A program made the position numbers and the translations under genes. The notes below the pieces were generated by a model. That model did not search any database and was not told where the DNA came from. It saw only the letters and a program-made list of their open reading frames with translations. A stretch of DNA of 64,000 nt from an uncultured Methylomirabilota bacterium. Lineage in GTDB: Bacteria; Methylomirabilota; Methylomirabilia; Methylomirabilales; 2-02-FULL-66-22. Each line of letters opens with the position of its first letter. Position 1 is the first letter of the stretch. Positions 19,557 through 30,559 of this stretch are shown here, in pieces. The stretch lies in contig OY970067.1 of NCBI GenBank assembly GCA_963705305.1, positions 4,192,001 through 4,256,000 of the forward strand, written 5' to 3'.

Positions 19557-20231
19557 CTAGGCTCCCTCCGGCCAGCCATCTCGGCCGATCAGCTTCACGA
19601 AGACGCAGCCGCCCAACTCGCTCCAGCTCATCCCCTCGTCGCCCCGCACTCCCTTGCGCAGGGTCTGAGTGTACCCATCGCCTACCGGGAGCACCAGGCG
19701 ACCCTTGATCTTCAACTGCTCGATGAGTGCCTCCGGCACCGCCGGCGCACCCGCGGCGACCAGGATGGCGTCGAACGGGGCCTCCTCCCGCCAGCCGAGG
19801 GTGCCGTCCCCCACCCGAACCAGGACATTATAATACCCGAGGCCGTCCAGTCGCTTGACGGCCCGGTCGGCCAAGCCTTTGAGCCGTTCGATGGAAAACA
19901 CCTTGCCGCACAGCTCGGCCAGGACCGCCGTTTGGTATCCGGAGCCCGTGCCGATCTCCAGCACCCGCTCGTGGCCCACCAATTCCAGCGCTTCGGTCAT
20001 GAGGGCCACCATGTACGGCTGGGAGATCGTCTGGCCTTCGCCGATGGGCAGCGGATAATCCCCGTATGCTCGCCCGCTGAGCGCCTCATCCACGAAAAGG
20101 TTCCGCGGGACCTTTCCCATGGCCCGCAGCACATGCGGGTCGCTGATCCCGCGGCGCACCAGTTGCTCGGCGACCATCCGCTCGCGCGGCAGGGCGAATG
20201 CGTGTTCCTGGCTGCCTTCAGAGGCTACCAC
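19557..20231 (-). CDS. pcm: Protein-L-isoaspartate O-methyltransferase
   Basis: GQTISQPYMVA, VLEIGTGSGYQ, APFDAI. Confidence 0.97.
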   Translation of the reverse strand: MVASEGSQEHAFALPRERMVAEQLVRRGISDPHVLRAMGKVPRNLFVDEALSGRAYGDYPLPIGEGQTISQPYMVALMTEALELVGHERVLEIGTGSGYQTAVLAELCGKVFSIERLKGLADRAVKRLDGLGYYNVLVRVGDGTLGWREEAPFDAILVAAGAPAVPEALIEQLKIKGRLVLPVGDGYTQTLRKGVRGDEGMSWSELGGCVFVKLIGRDGWPEGA

Positions 20232-20273
20232 AGCCCTCTCGAGAAGAAAAGCGCCTTTTCCGCGCCGTCGGCC

Positions 20274-20472
20274 CTAGCAGGATGCTGACATGCCCACTTT
20301 CGCCCAGGCTGCTCAAAAAGGTCCAGATGCAAGGCGGTCCGCAAAGGGCCGGGCACCCGCCACAAGCGGGTCAAGGCGTACTTCCGGTACGCCGCAGCGA
20401 GTGCCCGAGCGGGCGGGGCACCCATCCGAAGGATGGGTCTCGGCAGGTGGGCCTTTTTCAGCAGCCTGCTAG
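20274..20472. repeat. MITE/REP-like element, copy B
   Basis: CTAGCAGG...CAGGCTGCTCAAAAAGG...CTTTTTCAGCAGCCTGCTAG. Confidence 0.85.
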
Positions 20473-21251
20473 GCAGGCGGCCCCCCGTTGAACGACAGCC
20501 CCCACCCCTTCAACTCGTCGACGGCCGCGTGATTCGTCAAGTCCAGGTGGAGCGGCGTGATGGAAATCCAGCCGTTCATCACCGCCTCGTAGTCCGTTCC
20601 GCCGCCGCCTTCCCAGCGCGGCGAGGCGCCGCCGATCCAGTAGTACGTTTTTCCGCGCGGATCCTCCTTGCGCACCACCGTCTCGCTGTACACCCTCCGG
20701 CCCTGACGGGTGACGGCGATGCCGCGGATGGCCTCCGGCGGAAGGTTCGGCACGTTGATATTGAGCAGAGTATCGGGCGGCAGCCGCCGCCGCAGGATCT
20801 CGGGCGCCACCCGCTCCACGCACCGGACGGCCGCGCGGAAATCCAGCTCTCCCTCGCCCGCCACCGAGACCGCGATCGCCGGAAGTCCCTGCAGCGCGCC
20901 CTCGATGGCCGAGGCCACCGTCCCGGAGTACGTCACGTCGTCGCCCAGATTCGACCCGTGGTTGATGCCGGCGGCCACCAGGTCCGGCCGCCGGGGCAGG
21001 AGCTCCATCACACCCAGGGTGACGCAGTCCGTGGGGGTTCCATCCACGCTGTACCAGCCCTCCCCAAGCCGGAGAGCCCGCAGCGGCCGGCTGAGAGTCA
21101 GCGAGTGCCCGGAGGCGCTCCGCTCCCGGTCCGGCGCGACGACCACCACGTCGCCGTACTTCCCCAGCGTCTCCGCGAGCACCCGGAGTCCGGCCGATCC
21201 GACCCCGTCATCGTTGGATACCAGGATCAACGGGCGCTCGTCCCGTCCCAT
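20469..21251 (-). CDS. surE: 5'/3'-nucleotidase SurE
   Basis: ILVSNDDG, DGTPTDCV, GINHGSNLG, YSGTVA. Confidence 0.97.
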   Translation of the reverse strand: MGRDERPLILVSNDDGVGSAGLRVLAETLGKYGDVVVVAPDRERSASGHSLTLSRPLRALRLGEGWYSVDGTPTDCVTLGVMELLPRRPDLVAAGINHGSNLGDDVTYSGTVASAIEGALQGLPAIAVSVAGEGELDFRAAVRCVERVAPEILRRRLPPDTLLNINVPNLPPEAIRGIAVTRQGRRVYSETVVRKEDPRGKTYYWIGGASPRWEGGGGTDYEAVMNGWISITPLHLDLTNHAAVDELKGWGLSFNGGPPA

Positions 21252-21341
21252 AACCCTCCCGCTCCCACTCGCGCCACCGGCTCGGTGATCGGTGCACACC
21301 GAGCCGTCCGGCGGTCGTCAGGGGTTCGACCGCACTCAAAG

Positions 21342-21418
21342 TGGTCGGGGCGAGCAGATTCGAACTGCTGACCCCTGGCCCCCCATGCCAGTGCGCTACC
21401 AGGCTGCGCCACGCCCCG
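21342..21418 (-). tRNA. tRNA-Pro(GGG)
   Basis: Anticodon arm CTGGC-ATGGGGG-GCCAG, CCA end. Confidence 0.97.
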
Positions 21419-21528
21419 GTGTCTGTTTGACGATGCCAGCGTCCTCGCGGGATCTCGATCTTCGGCGGGCTCCCACGTTCCCGAGTGGAGGATACCACAA
21501 CAAGGGGGATGCTGTCACATGGTTGGCG

Positions 21529-21942
21529 TCACGAAAGCTGTTTTAGGATCTCTTCGAGCCCTGCTCGCAACCGCTGCAAGGCGGCACGTATCTCTAGCCG
21601 GCGCGCCCGCTCTTCCCGCTCCGCCAGGCGCCTGCGCGCCCCGGCCACCGTGTATCGTTCTTGGTACAGCAGCTTGCGTATCTCCAGGATCATCAGCACG
21701 TCCCGCTTCCGGTACAGCCGCTGCCCGCCGCCGCTCTTGCGCGGCTGCAGCACCGGAAACTCACTCTCCCAGTACCGCAGGACATAGGGAGGGACGCCGG
21801 TGATCGTGGAGACCTCTCCGATCCGGAAATACAGCCGGTCCGGAACCTCTACCGGCACCTCATTCGCCGGCAGGACCTGCCGCTCGCGAGAGGCGGTGCC
21901 GCCGCTCGGCCCGTCGTGTTGGGTGCGAGGAGGTCTGGACAT
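21529..21942 (-). CDS. MerR-family transcriptional regulator
   Basis: YFRIGEVS..VLRYWESEFP..GQRLY. Conserved position after the IHF gene and before tRNA-Pro. Confidence 0.92.
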   Translation of the reverse strand: MSRPPRTQHDGPSGGTASRERQVLPANEVPVEVPDRLYFRIGEVSTITGVPPYVLRYWESEFPVLQPRKSGGGQRLYRKRDVLMILEIRKLLYQERYTVAGARRRLAEREERARRLEIRAALQRLRAGLEEILKQLS

Positions 21943-21954
21943 CGCGTGCTGTCG

Positions 21955-22239
21955 CTAATTCTCGTTCCCGGCATTAACGATTTGGTGCAGAGCCTTGCCG
22001 GGCTTGAACTTCAACACCTTCCGGGCAGTAATGGTGATCTCCGACCCAGTCTGTGGATTGCGCCCCTTCCGCGCTCGCTTGGCCCGCACCTGAAACGATC
22101 CGAATCCCACCAGCTGGATCTTTTCTCCTGCGCGGAGCGCGTCCTTGATGATCTGCAGGGTCGCTTCGACAGCCTCCATCGCCTGCTTTTTGGTCAAGCC
22201 CTTCTCGGCCACCAGTGATGCAATATCTGCCTTGGTCAC
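21955..22239 (-). CDS. HU/IHF-family DNA-binding protein (IHF-alpha-like by synteny)
   Basis: TKADI, GFGSF, GRNPQTG. Confidence 0.95.
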   Translation of the reverse strand: MTKADIASLVAEKGLTKKQAMEAVEATLQIIKDALRAGEKIQLVGFGSFQVRAKRARKGRNPQTGSEITITARKVLKFKPGKALHQIVNAGNEN

Positions 22240-22306
22240 TCCGCCCACCTCCTTGCCCGTCTGCCCTCGCGGGGCCGGCGGCAGGTTGGAACGTCGAGAC
22301 TACAGA

Positions 22307-23362
22307 TCAATTGCGAACGACCATGAAATTAAAGCCTTTCGCTTTGAGCTCTTCGCCTCGCTTTGTGGCTGCGCTGCGGGAATCGAAGCGTCCGTACCGC
22401 ACTTGGTATACCACCGTGGTGACAGGCTTCGACGTGATCTTCGGGCGGAAGTTCTTCTTTTGAAGCTCTCTGGCCAAGTCAATGGCCTCGTCGAGGTTGA
22501 AGAACGCTCCGATCTGCGGAGTAAATTTGCCTCCGGCGGCCAGCAGCTGGGATGGAAATCCATCGACGTTCAGCTTGCGCGCTAGGGCCTCGGCTTCACT
22601 CTTCCCCGTGGGTTCCCCCACCGTCACGACGTGTTTCGTCACGAACGCCGTGCCCTTACGAACGGCGGTGGCAAATCCGCTCTGCTCCAACTTGTGTCGC
22701 AGGGCTTCCGCGTTCTGCTCCATCACCATGGCGCCAATCTGCAGGCTGTATCCGGCAGGCGCGGCCGTCGCTTCGGGTGCCGCCTTGGCGGCTGGTTTTG
22801 CCTTGGGCTTGGGAGTGGACTTAGCCTCCACCTTCGCCTCGGTCTTTGGAATCGCAGGCGGAGGAGCCACCTTCTTCGAGGCCGGCTTGATCGGCGCCTT
22901 TTCTTTCGCTTTCACTCCGGGGATCGGGGGCGGGGGCGGAACAGCCTTGGCCTGGGTCGGTGCCGGAGCTTTGGTCGGCGCTGGCTCCGGCGCCGGGGCT
23001 GCCGGTTCGGCGGCTTTCGGGGCGGCAGGCGCCGGGGCTGCAGGAGCGGCGGACGTTTTCGGCATTACCGGGGGTGCCGCCGGCCGGGTGGAAGCCGGGT
23101 GGCGCGGTGGCGCCGAGAGGAACAATTGATTCGCTAGGTACCAGCCGCCGACGAGGATGACCCCGATTCCAACGAGAATGAGTATCCGGCGCATGCCCCC
23201 CGCCCCTCCGCTTCTTTTGCCGGAATCGTCTTCTTCCGGCAAATTTTCATCGGGCCTTGGCATATCGACCTCGGGATCCCCCTCGCCCAGATCGGGCGGA
23301 GCGTCCTCGTGCCCGCCTTCACCCCGCCCCAGGAATCGATTGGTGAAATTGAATTTCGCCAT
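22307..23362 (-). CDS. SPOR-domain membrane protein
   Basis: One TM helix, Pro/Ala linker, C-terminal SPOR repeats (YSLQIGA, PQIGAF, YQVRYGRF). Confidence 0.85.
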   Translation of the reverse strand: MAKFNFTNRFLGRGEGGHEDAPPDLGEGDPEVDMPRPDENLPEEDDSGKRSGGAGGMRRILILVGIGVILVGGWYLANQLFLSAPPRHPASTRPAAPPVMPKTSAAPAAPAPAAPKAAEPAAPAPEPAPTKAPAPTQAKAVPPPPPIPGVKAKEKAPIKPASKKVAPPPAIPKTEAKVEAKSTPKPKAKPAAKAAPEATAAPAGYSLQIGAMVMEQNAEALRHKLEQSGFATAVRKGTAFVTKHVVTVGEPTGKSEAEALARKLNVDGFPSQLLAAGGKFTPQIGAFFNLDEAIDLARELQKKNFRPKITSKPVTTVVYQVRYGRFDSRSAATKRGEELKAKGFNFMVVRN

Positions 23363-23432
23363 GAGGACCTCCGCCGTTGAATGCGCGCATCATACAGATG
23401 CGAATTTCGATTGTCAATGTATTTTTGAATAT

Positions 23433-24755
23433 TTACAAAGAAGCAATAAGGACTCCCTTCAAGTGATGGGCAGTGGCCTCGGTTATTTCGACAGTTGCCG
23501 TCGATCCTTCTTCGAGATATTTACCGGCGAAATGCACGATCTTGTTTTGCCGGGCTCGACCTGCCAGAAGGCCGGAATCCCGCTTGCTGAGCTCGCGATC
23601 AACCAGCACCTCGATGCGCCGGCCGATCCACTGCCGATTCCGGGCCAGCGAGTGCGCGTCCTGGGCGCGCAGGACGCGATGCAGGCGCTCCGCCTTGGTC
23701 GACTCCTCCAGCTGTCCCGGCAGGTCGGCCGCCGGCGTTCCCGCCCGGGGTGAGAACTTGAATGCGAAGCACCCGTCGAACTTTACCCGATCCATCAGGG
23801 TCAAGGTTTCGGAAAAATCCTCGTCCGTCTCGCCAGGGAATCCCACAATGATATCCGTGGTGACGGCCAGCTCGGGGATCGCCGCGCGGAGCATCTCGAT
23901 CCGCGCCAGGTATTCCTCCCGCGTGTACTTCCGCTCCATACGTGCCAGCGTGGCAGTGGAGCCGGATTGAACCGGCAAGTGGATGTGCTCGCACACGCTG
24001 GGAAGTTCTGCCATGGCGGCTGCCAGCTCGGGAGTGGCATTCTGGGGATGAGAGGTGGTGAACCGGACGCGCATCAGTGGTCCTACCACGGCGTCGAGGC
24101 GGCGCAGCAGCGTTGCCAGAGAGGCAGGCGGCGTCAGCTTCTTTCCGTATGCGTTGACCGTCTGTCCCAGGAGGGTCACCTCCCGGTACCCCCGATCGCG
24201 CAGCCGGGCCACCTCCCGCACGATGTCATCCGGCTGGCGGCTCCGTTCGCGGCCCCGGGTGAATGGCACGACGCAGAAGGTGCAGAAGTGATCGCAGCCC
24301 TCCATGATCCCCACCCAGGCCCGAATCCGGCTGTCGCGATGGACCTCGGCCTCCTCCGGAAACAGGCCCACGGGCTCGCCGGTGGCGGCCGCGGGAAGCC
24401 CCGGCCGGATGTGCAGCAGCTGCGGGATTTCGGCCAGGTGCTCGCCGTTGCCCACGACCAGATCGAGGTAGGGGAATCGGCGCAAGAGCGCCTCGCCTTC
24501 TCGCTGGGCCAGGCAACCCGCCACGCCGAGGCGCAGGCCCGGCCTCCGGCTCTTCAGGCCCTGCAGGGTGCCCAGGCGGCTGTAGAGCTTCTGTTCGGCC
24601 TTGTCGCGGATGCTGCACCCGTTGAGGATGATGAGATCGGCCTCGGCCTCATCCTCGGTCAGGCAATATCCCTCGCCGGCCAAGACGCCCGCGATGCGCG
24701 CCGAGTCCAGCTCGTTGGCCTGGCAGCCAAACGTGACGATCTTCAATTTGGGCAT
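23433..24755 (-). CDS. miaB: tRNA methylthiotransferase MiaB
   Basis: TFGCQ, CSIRDKAE, GCDHFCTFCVVP radical-SAM motif, C-terminal TRAM domain. Confidence 0.95.
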   Translation of the reverse strand: MPKLKIVTFGCQANELDSARIAGVLAGEGYCLTEDEAEADLIILNGCSIRDKAEQKLYSRLGTLQGLKSRRPGLRLGVAGCLAQREGEALLRRFPYLDLVVGNGEHLAEIPQLLHIRPGLPAAATGEPVGLFPEEAEVHRDSRIRAWVGIMEGCDHFCTFCVVPFTRGRERSRQPDDIVREVARLRDRGYREVTLLGQTVNAYGKKLTPPASLATLLRRLDAVVGPLMRVRFTTSHPQNATPELAAAMAELPSVCEHIHLPVQSGSTATLARMERKYTREEYLARIEMLRAAIPELAVTTDIIVGFPGETDEDFSETLTLMDRVKFDGCFAFKFSPRAGTPAADLPGQLEESTKAERLHRVLRAQDAHSLARNRQWIGRRIEVLVDRELSKRDSGLLAGRARQNKIVHFAGKYLEEGSTATVEITEATAHHLKGVLIASL

Positions 24756-24836
24756 GGACGCTGTCCAGTCGAACCGCACACCGCCGCGCCCCAGTCGCAG
24801 ACTCGCTCCGGCGGCACGGCGGGGGGATGGACGACT

Positions 24837-25808
24837 TCAGTACAGGTGGCAGGACACCCAGTGCCGCGGAGCGACTTCGCGCAGAACCGGCGCGTCCTTG
24901 TCACAGCGCTCGAACCGCTTGTGGCACCGCGTGTGGAACCGACACCCCGGCGGGGGATGGATCGGGCTGGGGGGATCGCCCTCCAAGATGATCCGCCGCC
25001 GCTTGGTGGTCGGATCGGGGATGGGGATGGCCGAGAGGAGGGCCTCCGTGTAGGGGTGCAGCGGCTTGGCGTACAGCTCTTCGCTGTCCGCCAGCTCGAC
25101 GATCTGGCCCAGGTACATGACCGCCACGCGGTCGCTGATGTGCTCCACCACCCGCAGATCATGGGCAATGAAGAGGTAGGTCAGGTTGAACTGTTCCTGG
25201 AGGTCCTCCAGCAGATTGATGACCTGGGCCTGAATGGACACATCCAGCGCGGAGATCGGCTCGTCGGCGATGATGAGCTTGGGGTTCACCGCCAGGGCCC
25301 GCGCGATCCCCACCCGTTGGCGCTGGCCGCCGCTGAACTCGTGCGGGTAGCGGTGCATCTGCTCCGGGCTCAGGCCGACCTGCTGCAGCAGGTCGGCCAC
25401 GCGCGCGCGCCGCTCGGCTTTGCTGTGGCAGAGCTTGTGGATCACGATCCCCTCCCCCACGATCTGCTCGACCGTCATCCGGGGGTTGAGGGAGGAGTAC
25501 GGGTCCTGGAAGATGATCTGCATTCGCTGGCGCAGGCTCCGCATCTCGCGCTTGCCGGCCTGGAAGATGGGGACCTGCTCGAAGTGCACCTCGCCGGCGG
25601 TCGGCTCGATGAGGCGCAGGATCAGCCGGCCCGTGGTCGATTTGCCGCAGCCGGACTCCCCCACCAGCCCCAGGGTTTCTCCGCGCCGCAGCTCGAAGCT
25701 CACGCCGTCGACGGCGTGGACCTTGGCCGGCTCCCCCCAGAAGAAGCCCCGCTTGATCTCGAAGTGCTTCTGCAGGTTGTGGACGCCGAGCAACACGTCG
25801 TTGGCCAT
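24837..25808 (-). CDS. Peptide ABC transporter ATPase (OppF/DppF)
   Basis: [28 protein letters not shown]. Confidence 0.95.
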   Translation of the reverse strand: MANDVLLGVHNLQKHFEIKRGFFWGEPAKVHAVDGVSFELRRGETLGLVGESGCGKSTTGRLILRLIEPTAGEVHFEQVPIFQAGKREMRSLRQRMQIIFQDPYSSLNPRMTVEQIVGEGIVIHKLCHSKAERRARVADLLQQVGLSPEQMHRYPHEFSGGQRQRVGIARALAVNPKLIIADEPISALDVSIQAQVINLLEDLQEQFNLTYLFIAHDLRVVEHISDRVAVMYLGQIVELADSEELYAKPLHPYTEALLSAIPIPDPTTKRRRIILEGDPPSPIHPPPGCRFHTRCHKRFERCDKDAPVLREVAPRHWVSCHLY

Positions 25809-25819
25809 AGGGGCACCCT

Positions 25820-26812
25820 TCAGTACAGATAGCAGCGCGCGCAATGCTCCGGCCCGACCGTCTTCAGCGGCGGCTCCTCGCCGCGACACGGGTCGAAGAC
25901 CTGGGCGCAGCGCGCCTGGAACTTGCAGCCCGGCGGCAGGTCCAGCAGGTCCGGCACCATGCCGGGAATGGCCTGCAGGCGGGGCCGGCGCGCCGCCTTC
26001 TCGATGCGGGGAATGGAGGCCAGGAGGCCCTGCGTGTACGGGTGCTTGGGGTGCGTGAAGAGCTCGAGGACCGGGGCCTCCTCCACCACGCGGCCGGCGT
26101 ACATCACCGCCACGCGGGCGGCCGTGTCGGCCACCACCCCCAGGTCATGCGTGATGAGCATGACCGCCATGCCCAGCTCGGCCTTCAGCTGGTTCAAGAG
26201 CTCCAGGATCTGGGCCTGGATGGTCACGTCCAGCGCGGTCGTCGGCTCGTCGGCGATGAGGAGCTGGGGATTGCAGGACAGGGCCATGCCGATCATGACC
26301 CGCTGGCGCATCCCGCCGGACATCTGGTGCGGGTACTCCTTCACCCGGCGCTCGGCGTCCGGGATGCGCACGAGGCGCAGCATCTCGATGGCCTTGTTCC
26401 AGGACTCGCGCTTGGACAGCCCCTGGTGCAGACGGATCCCCTCGGCAATCTGGTCGCCCACGGTGAAGACGGGGTTGAGGGAGGTCATGGGCTCCTGGAA
26501 GATCATGGAGATGGAGCCGCCGCGCACCTTGCGCATTTCCCCATCGGAGAGCTCCAACAGGTTGCGCCCGCCCAGCCGGATGCTGCCGCCCGTAATCTTT
26601 CCCGGGGGGGTGGGGATCAGCCGGAGGATGGACAGCGCCGTGACGCTCTTCCCGCACCCCGATTCCCCGACGACGCCCAGCGTCTCCCCCTTCCGGATGG
26701 TGAGGCTCACGCCGTCCACCGCCCGCACCGTGCCCGCCTCGGTGATGAAATGCGTCTGGAGGTTCTCGATCTCCAGCAGGCTGCCGTTGTGGCTTCCCGG
26801 AGTCTGCGTCAT
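25820..26812 (-). CDS. Peptide ABC transporter ATPase (OppD/DppD)
   Basis: [31 protein letters not shown]. Confidence 0.95.
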   Translation of the reverse strand: MTQTPGSHNGSLLEIENLQTHFITEAGTVRAVDGVSLTIRKGETLGVVGESGCGKSVTALSILRLIPTPPGKITGGSIRLGGRNLLELSDGEMRKVRGGSISMIFQEPMTSLNPVFTVGDQIAEGIRLHQGLSKRESWNKAIEMLRLVRIPDAERRVKEYPHQMSGGMRQRVMIGMALSCNPQLLIADEPTTALDVTIQAQILELLNQLKAELGMAVMLITHDLGVVADTAARVAVMYAGRVVEEAPVLELFTHPKHPYTQGLLASIPRIEKAARRPRLQAIPGMVPDLLDLPPGCKFQARCAQVFDPCRGEEPPLKTVGPEHCARCYLY

Positions 26813-26915
26813 GGATGGCCCTCTCTCGCAGCGATCTTGAGGTAAATGCGCGTCAGTCTAACATCGGCACCAAAACACTTCAACATCAAAACGCAGCCTG
26901 CCCGCTCCGCCCGCC

Positions 26916-27863
26916 TCACCGCCGGTCGGTGAGCAGCGGATCCAGGGCATCCCGCAGCCCGTCTCCCACGAAATTCAGCGCCAGCAGCGTCAGGCTCAGC
27001 GCCAGCCCGGGAAACACAATCAGCCAGGGGTAACTCTCCATGGCCGCGGCCCCCTCGGAGGCTAGCGATCCCCAGCTCGCCATGGGTGGCTGCACACCCA
27101 AGCCGAGAAAGCTCAGGAAGGCCTCCTCCAGCATCACCGCCGGCACGGTAAGCGTGGCATAGACGATGATGGCTCCGACCGCGTTGGGAAGCAAGTGGCG
27201 CAGCAGCAGCCGCGGCCCGGAGGCCCCCAGCGCCTGGGCCGACAGCACGAAATCGCGCACCTTCAGGCTGAGGACCTGCCCGCGGACGATACGCGCCATG
27301 GTCAGCCACTGCACCGCCCCCAGGGCCACGAAGAGGTTGAAGATGTTGCGCCCGAAGAGGACCACCAGGATGATGACGAAGAACATGAACGGGAGTCCGT
27401 ATAAGATGTCGACCGCCCGCATCATGAGGCGGTCCCAGCTTCCTCCCGCAAAGCCGGCGATGGATCCGTAGGTCACGCCGATGAGCAGGCTCACCAAGGT
27501 GGCCAGGAGGCCCACCGCAAACGAGATGCGCCCCCCGTAGAGGATTCGGGTGAAGAGGTCCCTGCCCAGCTCGTCCGTCCCGAACAGGTGGGCGAAGCCG
27601 GGCGGCTGCGGCCCGTACCGGAGGTCCGTCTGGTCGAAGGCGTAGGGACTGAGCCGGGAGGCCAGGATACATGCCAGCAGCGCAACCGCGAGGACGGCCA
27701 GCGCTGTCAGGGCCAACCGATTCCGGTGGAGGCGGCGCAGGGCATCGCCCCACGGTGACGACCCATTGCAAGGCTGCCGCACAATGGGTGCCCGCGGGCC
27801 GGATGATTGCGGCGCGCCGCCTGTCGCGTGCGGGGTGGCCGGGCCCGGCGCGCCGCCGCTCAT
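26916..27863 (-). CDS. Oligopeptide ABC permease (OppC-like)
   Basis: FGTDELGRD, EAFLSFLGLG. Confidence 0.93.
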   Translation of the reverse strand: MSGGAPGPATPHATGGAPQSSGPRAPIVRQPCNGSSPWGDALRRLHRNRLALTALAVLAVALLACILASRLSPYAFDQTDLRYGPQPPGFAHLFGTDELGRDLFTRILYGGRISFAVGLLATLVSLLIGVTYGSIAGFAGGSWDRLMMRAVDILYGLPFMFFVIILVVLFGRNIFNLFVALGAVQWLTMARIVRGQVLSLKVRDFVLSAQALGASGPRLLLRHLLPNAVGAIIVYATLTVPAVMLEEAFLSFLGLGVQPPMASWGSLASEGAAAMESYPWLIVFPGLALSLTLLALNFVGDGLRDALDPLLTDRR

Positions 27864-28777
27864 CGCAGCTGCACCCGCGGATCCAGGTAGGCGTACAACA
27901 GATCCACCACCAAATTGAGCAGCAGGAGCAGCGTGCTGTAGACGAGCACCGTCCCCAGGACCAGCGTGTAGTCCCGGTTCAGGGCGCCCCCCACGAAGTA
28001 GCGGCCGATCCCGGGGACGGCGAAAATCGTCTCCACCACGACGGATCCCGTCAGGATGGCCGCTGAGGCCGGCCCCAGGTAGGTGACCACCGGCAGGACG
28101 GCGTTGGGCAGCGCGTGGCGGAGCATGACCGTCGCCTCGCGCACCCCCCTGGCCCGGGCCGTGCGGATGAACTCCTGGCCGATCACCTCCAGCAAGCCTG
28201 CCCGGGTCAGCCTGGCCACGTACGCCGCGTAAAACGTGCCCAGGGTTACCGACGGCAGCACCAGATGGCGCCAGCTCCCCCAGCCCGCCACGGGAAGCCA
28301 GCCCAGGCCCAGCGCAAAGATCAGCACCAGCAGGGGGCCCAGCACAAAATTGGGGATCGAGATCCCGCCCAGGGCCAGCGACATGGTGAGATAGTCCAGC
28401 GCCGAGTTCCGCCGCGCTCCCGCCAGGATGCCCGCCGCGCCCCCCAGCAATAGCGCCACGGCCAGCGCGCAGACCCCGAGGGCCAGCGACACCGGAGCTC
28501 CCAGGCGCAGCAGCTCGCCAACCGACCGGTCGGGGTAGCGGAAGGAAGGCCCCAGATCGCCCCGCAGGACCTGCCCCAGGTAGCGGACATACTGGCGCCA
28601 GAGCGGCTCGTCAAGGTGGTAGCGGGCCGCGATGTTGGCCCGCACCTGCTCGGGCAGGACGCGCTCCTGATCGAACGGCCCGCCCGGCGCCAGGCGCATG
28701 ATGAAGAAAGACAGGGAGACGATGAGAAAGAGAACCGGCAGAAAGCCCGCCAGCCGGCGGAGGCTGTATCCTAGCAC
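27860..28777 (-). CDS. Oligopeptide ABC permease (OppB-like)
   Basis: LAPGGPFD, IRTARARG, GALNRDY. Confidence 0.93.
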   Translation of the reverse strand: MLGYSLRRLAGFLPVLFLIVSLSFFIMRLAPGGPFDQERVLPEQVRANIAARYHLDEPLWRQYVRYLGQVLRGDLGPSFRYPDRSVGELLRLGAPVSLALGVCALAVALLLGGAAGILAGARRNSALDYLTMSLALGGISIPNFVLGPLLVLIFALGLGWLPVAGWGSWRHLVLPSVTLGTFYAAYVARLTRAGLLEVIGQEFIRTARARGVREATVMLRHALPNAVLPVVTYLGPASAAILTGSVVVETIFAVPGIGRYFVGGALNRDYTLVLGTVLVYSTLLLLLNLVVDLLYAYLDPRVQLR

Positions 28778-28784
28778 TGCGCCC

Positions 28785-30371
28785 TCACTGCGCCAGAGAC
28801 AGATACTTCAGCGGGTGCTGGTCGAGAATGTTGGGCCACCACCCGTGCACCTTCCGGCTCAGCATGCCCTTGTTGACGTACGTGAACAGGGGCAGGATCG
28901 GCACCGCCTCTTGCACCAGGATCCGCTCCGCCTCCTGGAGCGCCCGCATCCGCTCCGCCGGATGGACGATCCCGCAGGCGGCGCGACCGATCAGCCTATC
29001 ATACCGGACGTCGGACCAGCCCGTCTCGTTGTTGCCGCCCCCGCTGACCCACATGTCCAGGAAGGTGCTGGGGTCCGCGTAGTCCCCGATCCATCCGGCC
29101 CGGGCGATCTGGTAGTCGAGGCTGCTCTGCCGGGCCAGGTAGACCTTCCATTCGACGTTGACCAGCTCGATCTGGATACCGAGCTGCTCCTTCCACATCT
29201 GCTGCACCGCCTGCGTGATCATGCGGTGCAGCTCGCTGGTATTGTAGAGCAGCTCGACCTGCGGGAACCCCCTCCCGCCCGGATAGCCGGCGTCAGCTAG
29301 CAGTCGGCGAGCGGCGACCGGGTCGAAGCCGAGGCCTTGGACCCCCGGATACCCGTGCAGGGATGCCGGGACAAACGCGCCGGTCGGCAGTTCGCCCGCC
29401 CGGGTGACGTACCGGGTCAGTGCGGCCCGGTCCACGGCCATACTGAGGGCCTTGCGCACCCGCACGTCGCCGAGCGGCGCCCTGGTCACGTTGAGCCGAG
29501 AATAGTAGGTGCCCAGATAGGGGGACGCGTAGAATTCGCGCCGGCGCCGGGCCGCCTCGAGCTGCGCCAGCGGCACCGTGGGGACCCAGTCGGTCTCCCC
29601 CGCCAGGAACTGCTTGTAGGCGGTGTTGGCATCCTCCGTGGGCCAGAACACGACCTGCTGCAGCCGGACGCTTCCCGCGTCCCAGTAGGCGGGGTTCTTT
29701 TCCAGGACGAGCTGCTCCTGGGGCACCCAACCGGCCAGCCGGAAGGGGCCGTTGCTCACGATCTTTCCCGGCTTGACCCAGTCGCGCCCGTATGCCTCGA
29801 CCGCCCAGCGCGGCACGGGAGAAAGAGTGGGAAAGCTGGTGAGATCCAGGAAGTAGGCGGTCGGGCACCGCAGGGTCACCTGGAGGGTGCGGGCGCTCAG
29901 AGCCTTGACTCCCACCCGGGAGAAATCGGTGATCCGGCCCCGGTTATAGTCCTCGCCGTTTTTGAGGTAGAAGAGCTGCTGGGCGTACTTGGCGCCGGTC
30001 TTGGGATTCAGGACCCGCTCCCAGGCGTAGGCGAAATCCTGGGCCGCCACCGGCCGGCCATCGGTCCAGCGGGCATCGCGCAGGGTGAAGGTGTACACCC
30101 GCCCGTCTCGGGAGACCGTCCAGGAGGCGGCCATGCCGGGGCGGGGCGACAGGTCTTTCGGATCGGCGGTGGTCAACCCCTCGAACAGGCTGTTGACGAT
30201 ACGATGCTCGGGGACCCCGGTCACCAGCGCCGGGTCGAGGCTCTCCGGCTCGACCATGTTGCTGATCCGGAGCACCTGGTCCTGGGCGGGCGCCCCGCCC
30301 GCCAGCAGGACGATCAACCCCAGCGCCTGCACGAGGCGCACTCCCCACTCGCGCCATCGCATCCGTCCCAT
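28785..30371 (-). CDS. Oligopeptide ABC substrate-binding protein (OppA-like)
   Basis: EPESLDP, LFEGL, VSNGPF, RAGWIGDY. Confidence 0.93.
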   Translation of the reverse strand: MGRMRWREWGVRLVQALGLIVLLAGGAPAQDQVLRISNMVEPESLDPALVTGVPEHRIVNSLFEGLTTADPKDLSPRPGMAASWTVSRDGRVYTFTLRDARWTDGRPVAAQDFAYAWERVLNPKTGAKYAQQLFYLKNGEDYNRGRITDFSRVGVKALSARTLQVTLRCPTAYFLDLTSFPTLSPVPRWAVEAYGRDWVKPGKIVSNGPFRLAGWVPQEQLVLEKNPAYWDAGSVRLQQVVFWPTEDANTAYKQFLAGETDWVPTVPLAQLEAARRRREFYASPYLGTYYSRLNVTRAPLGDVRVRKALSMAVDRAALTRYVTRAGELPTGAFVPASLHGYPGVQGLGFDPVAARRLLADAGYPGGRGFPQVELLYNTSELHRMITQAVQQMWKEQLGIQIELVNVEWKVYLARQSSLDYQIARAGWIGDYADPSTFLDMWVSGGGNNETGWSDVRYDRLIGRAACGIVHPAERMRALQEAERILVQEAVPILPLFTYVNKGMLSRKVHGWWPNILDQHPLKYLSLAQ

Positions 30372-30381
30372 CCTCTGCCCT

Positions 30382-30559
30382 CAGCAGCTTGCCGAAAAGC
30401 TCACTTCCCCAGGCTGCTCAAAAAGGCCCAGGTGCAAGGCGGCGCGCGAAGGGGCCGAGTGAGGCGTACTCCTGGTACGCCGCAACGAGTGCCCGAGCGC
30501 GCGGGGTACCCATCCGAAGGATGGGTCCCAGCAGATGGGCCTTTTTGAGCTGCCTGCTC
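30382..30559. repeat. MITE/REP-like element, copy C
   Basis: CAGGCTGCTCAAAAAGGCCC...CAGATGGGCCTTTTTGAGCTGCCTG. Confidence 0.85.

Noticed and set aside
23967..25832. Long plus-strand ORFs such as 23967-25832, 32315-34282, 39939-41672 and 47910-49691, plus 82-843 and 868-1695
   Set aside because: Antisense shadows of clear minus-strand genes, expected in high-GC DNA.
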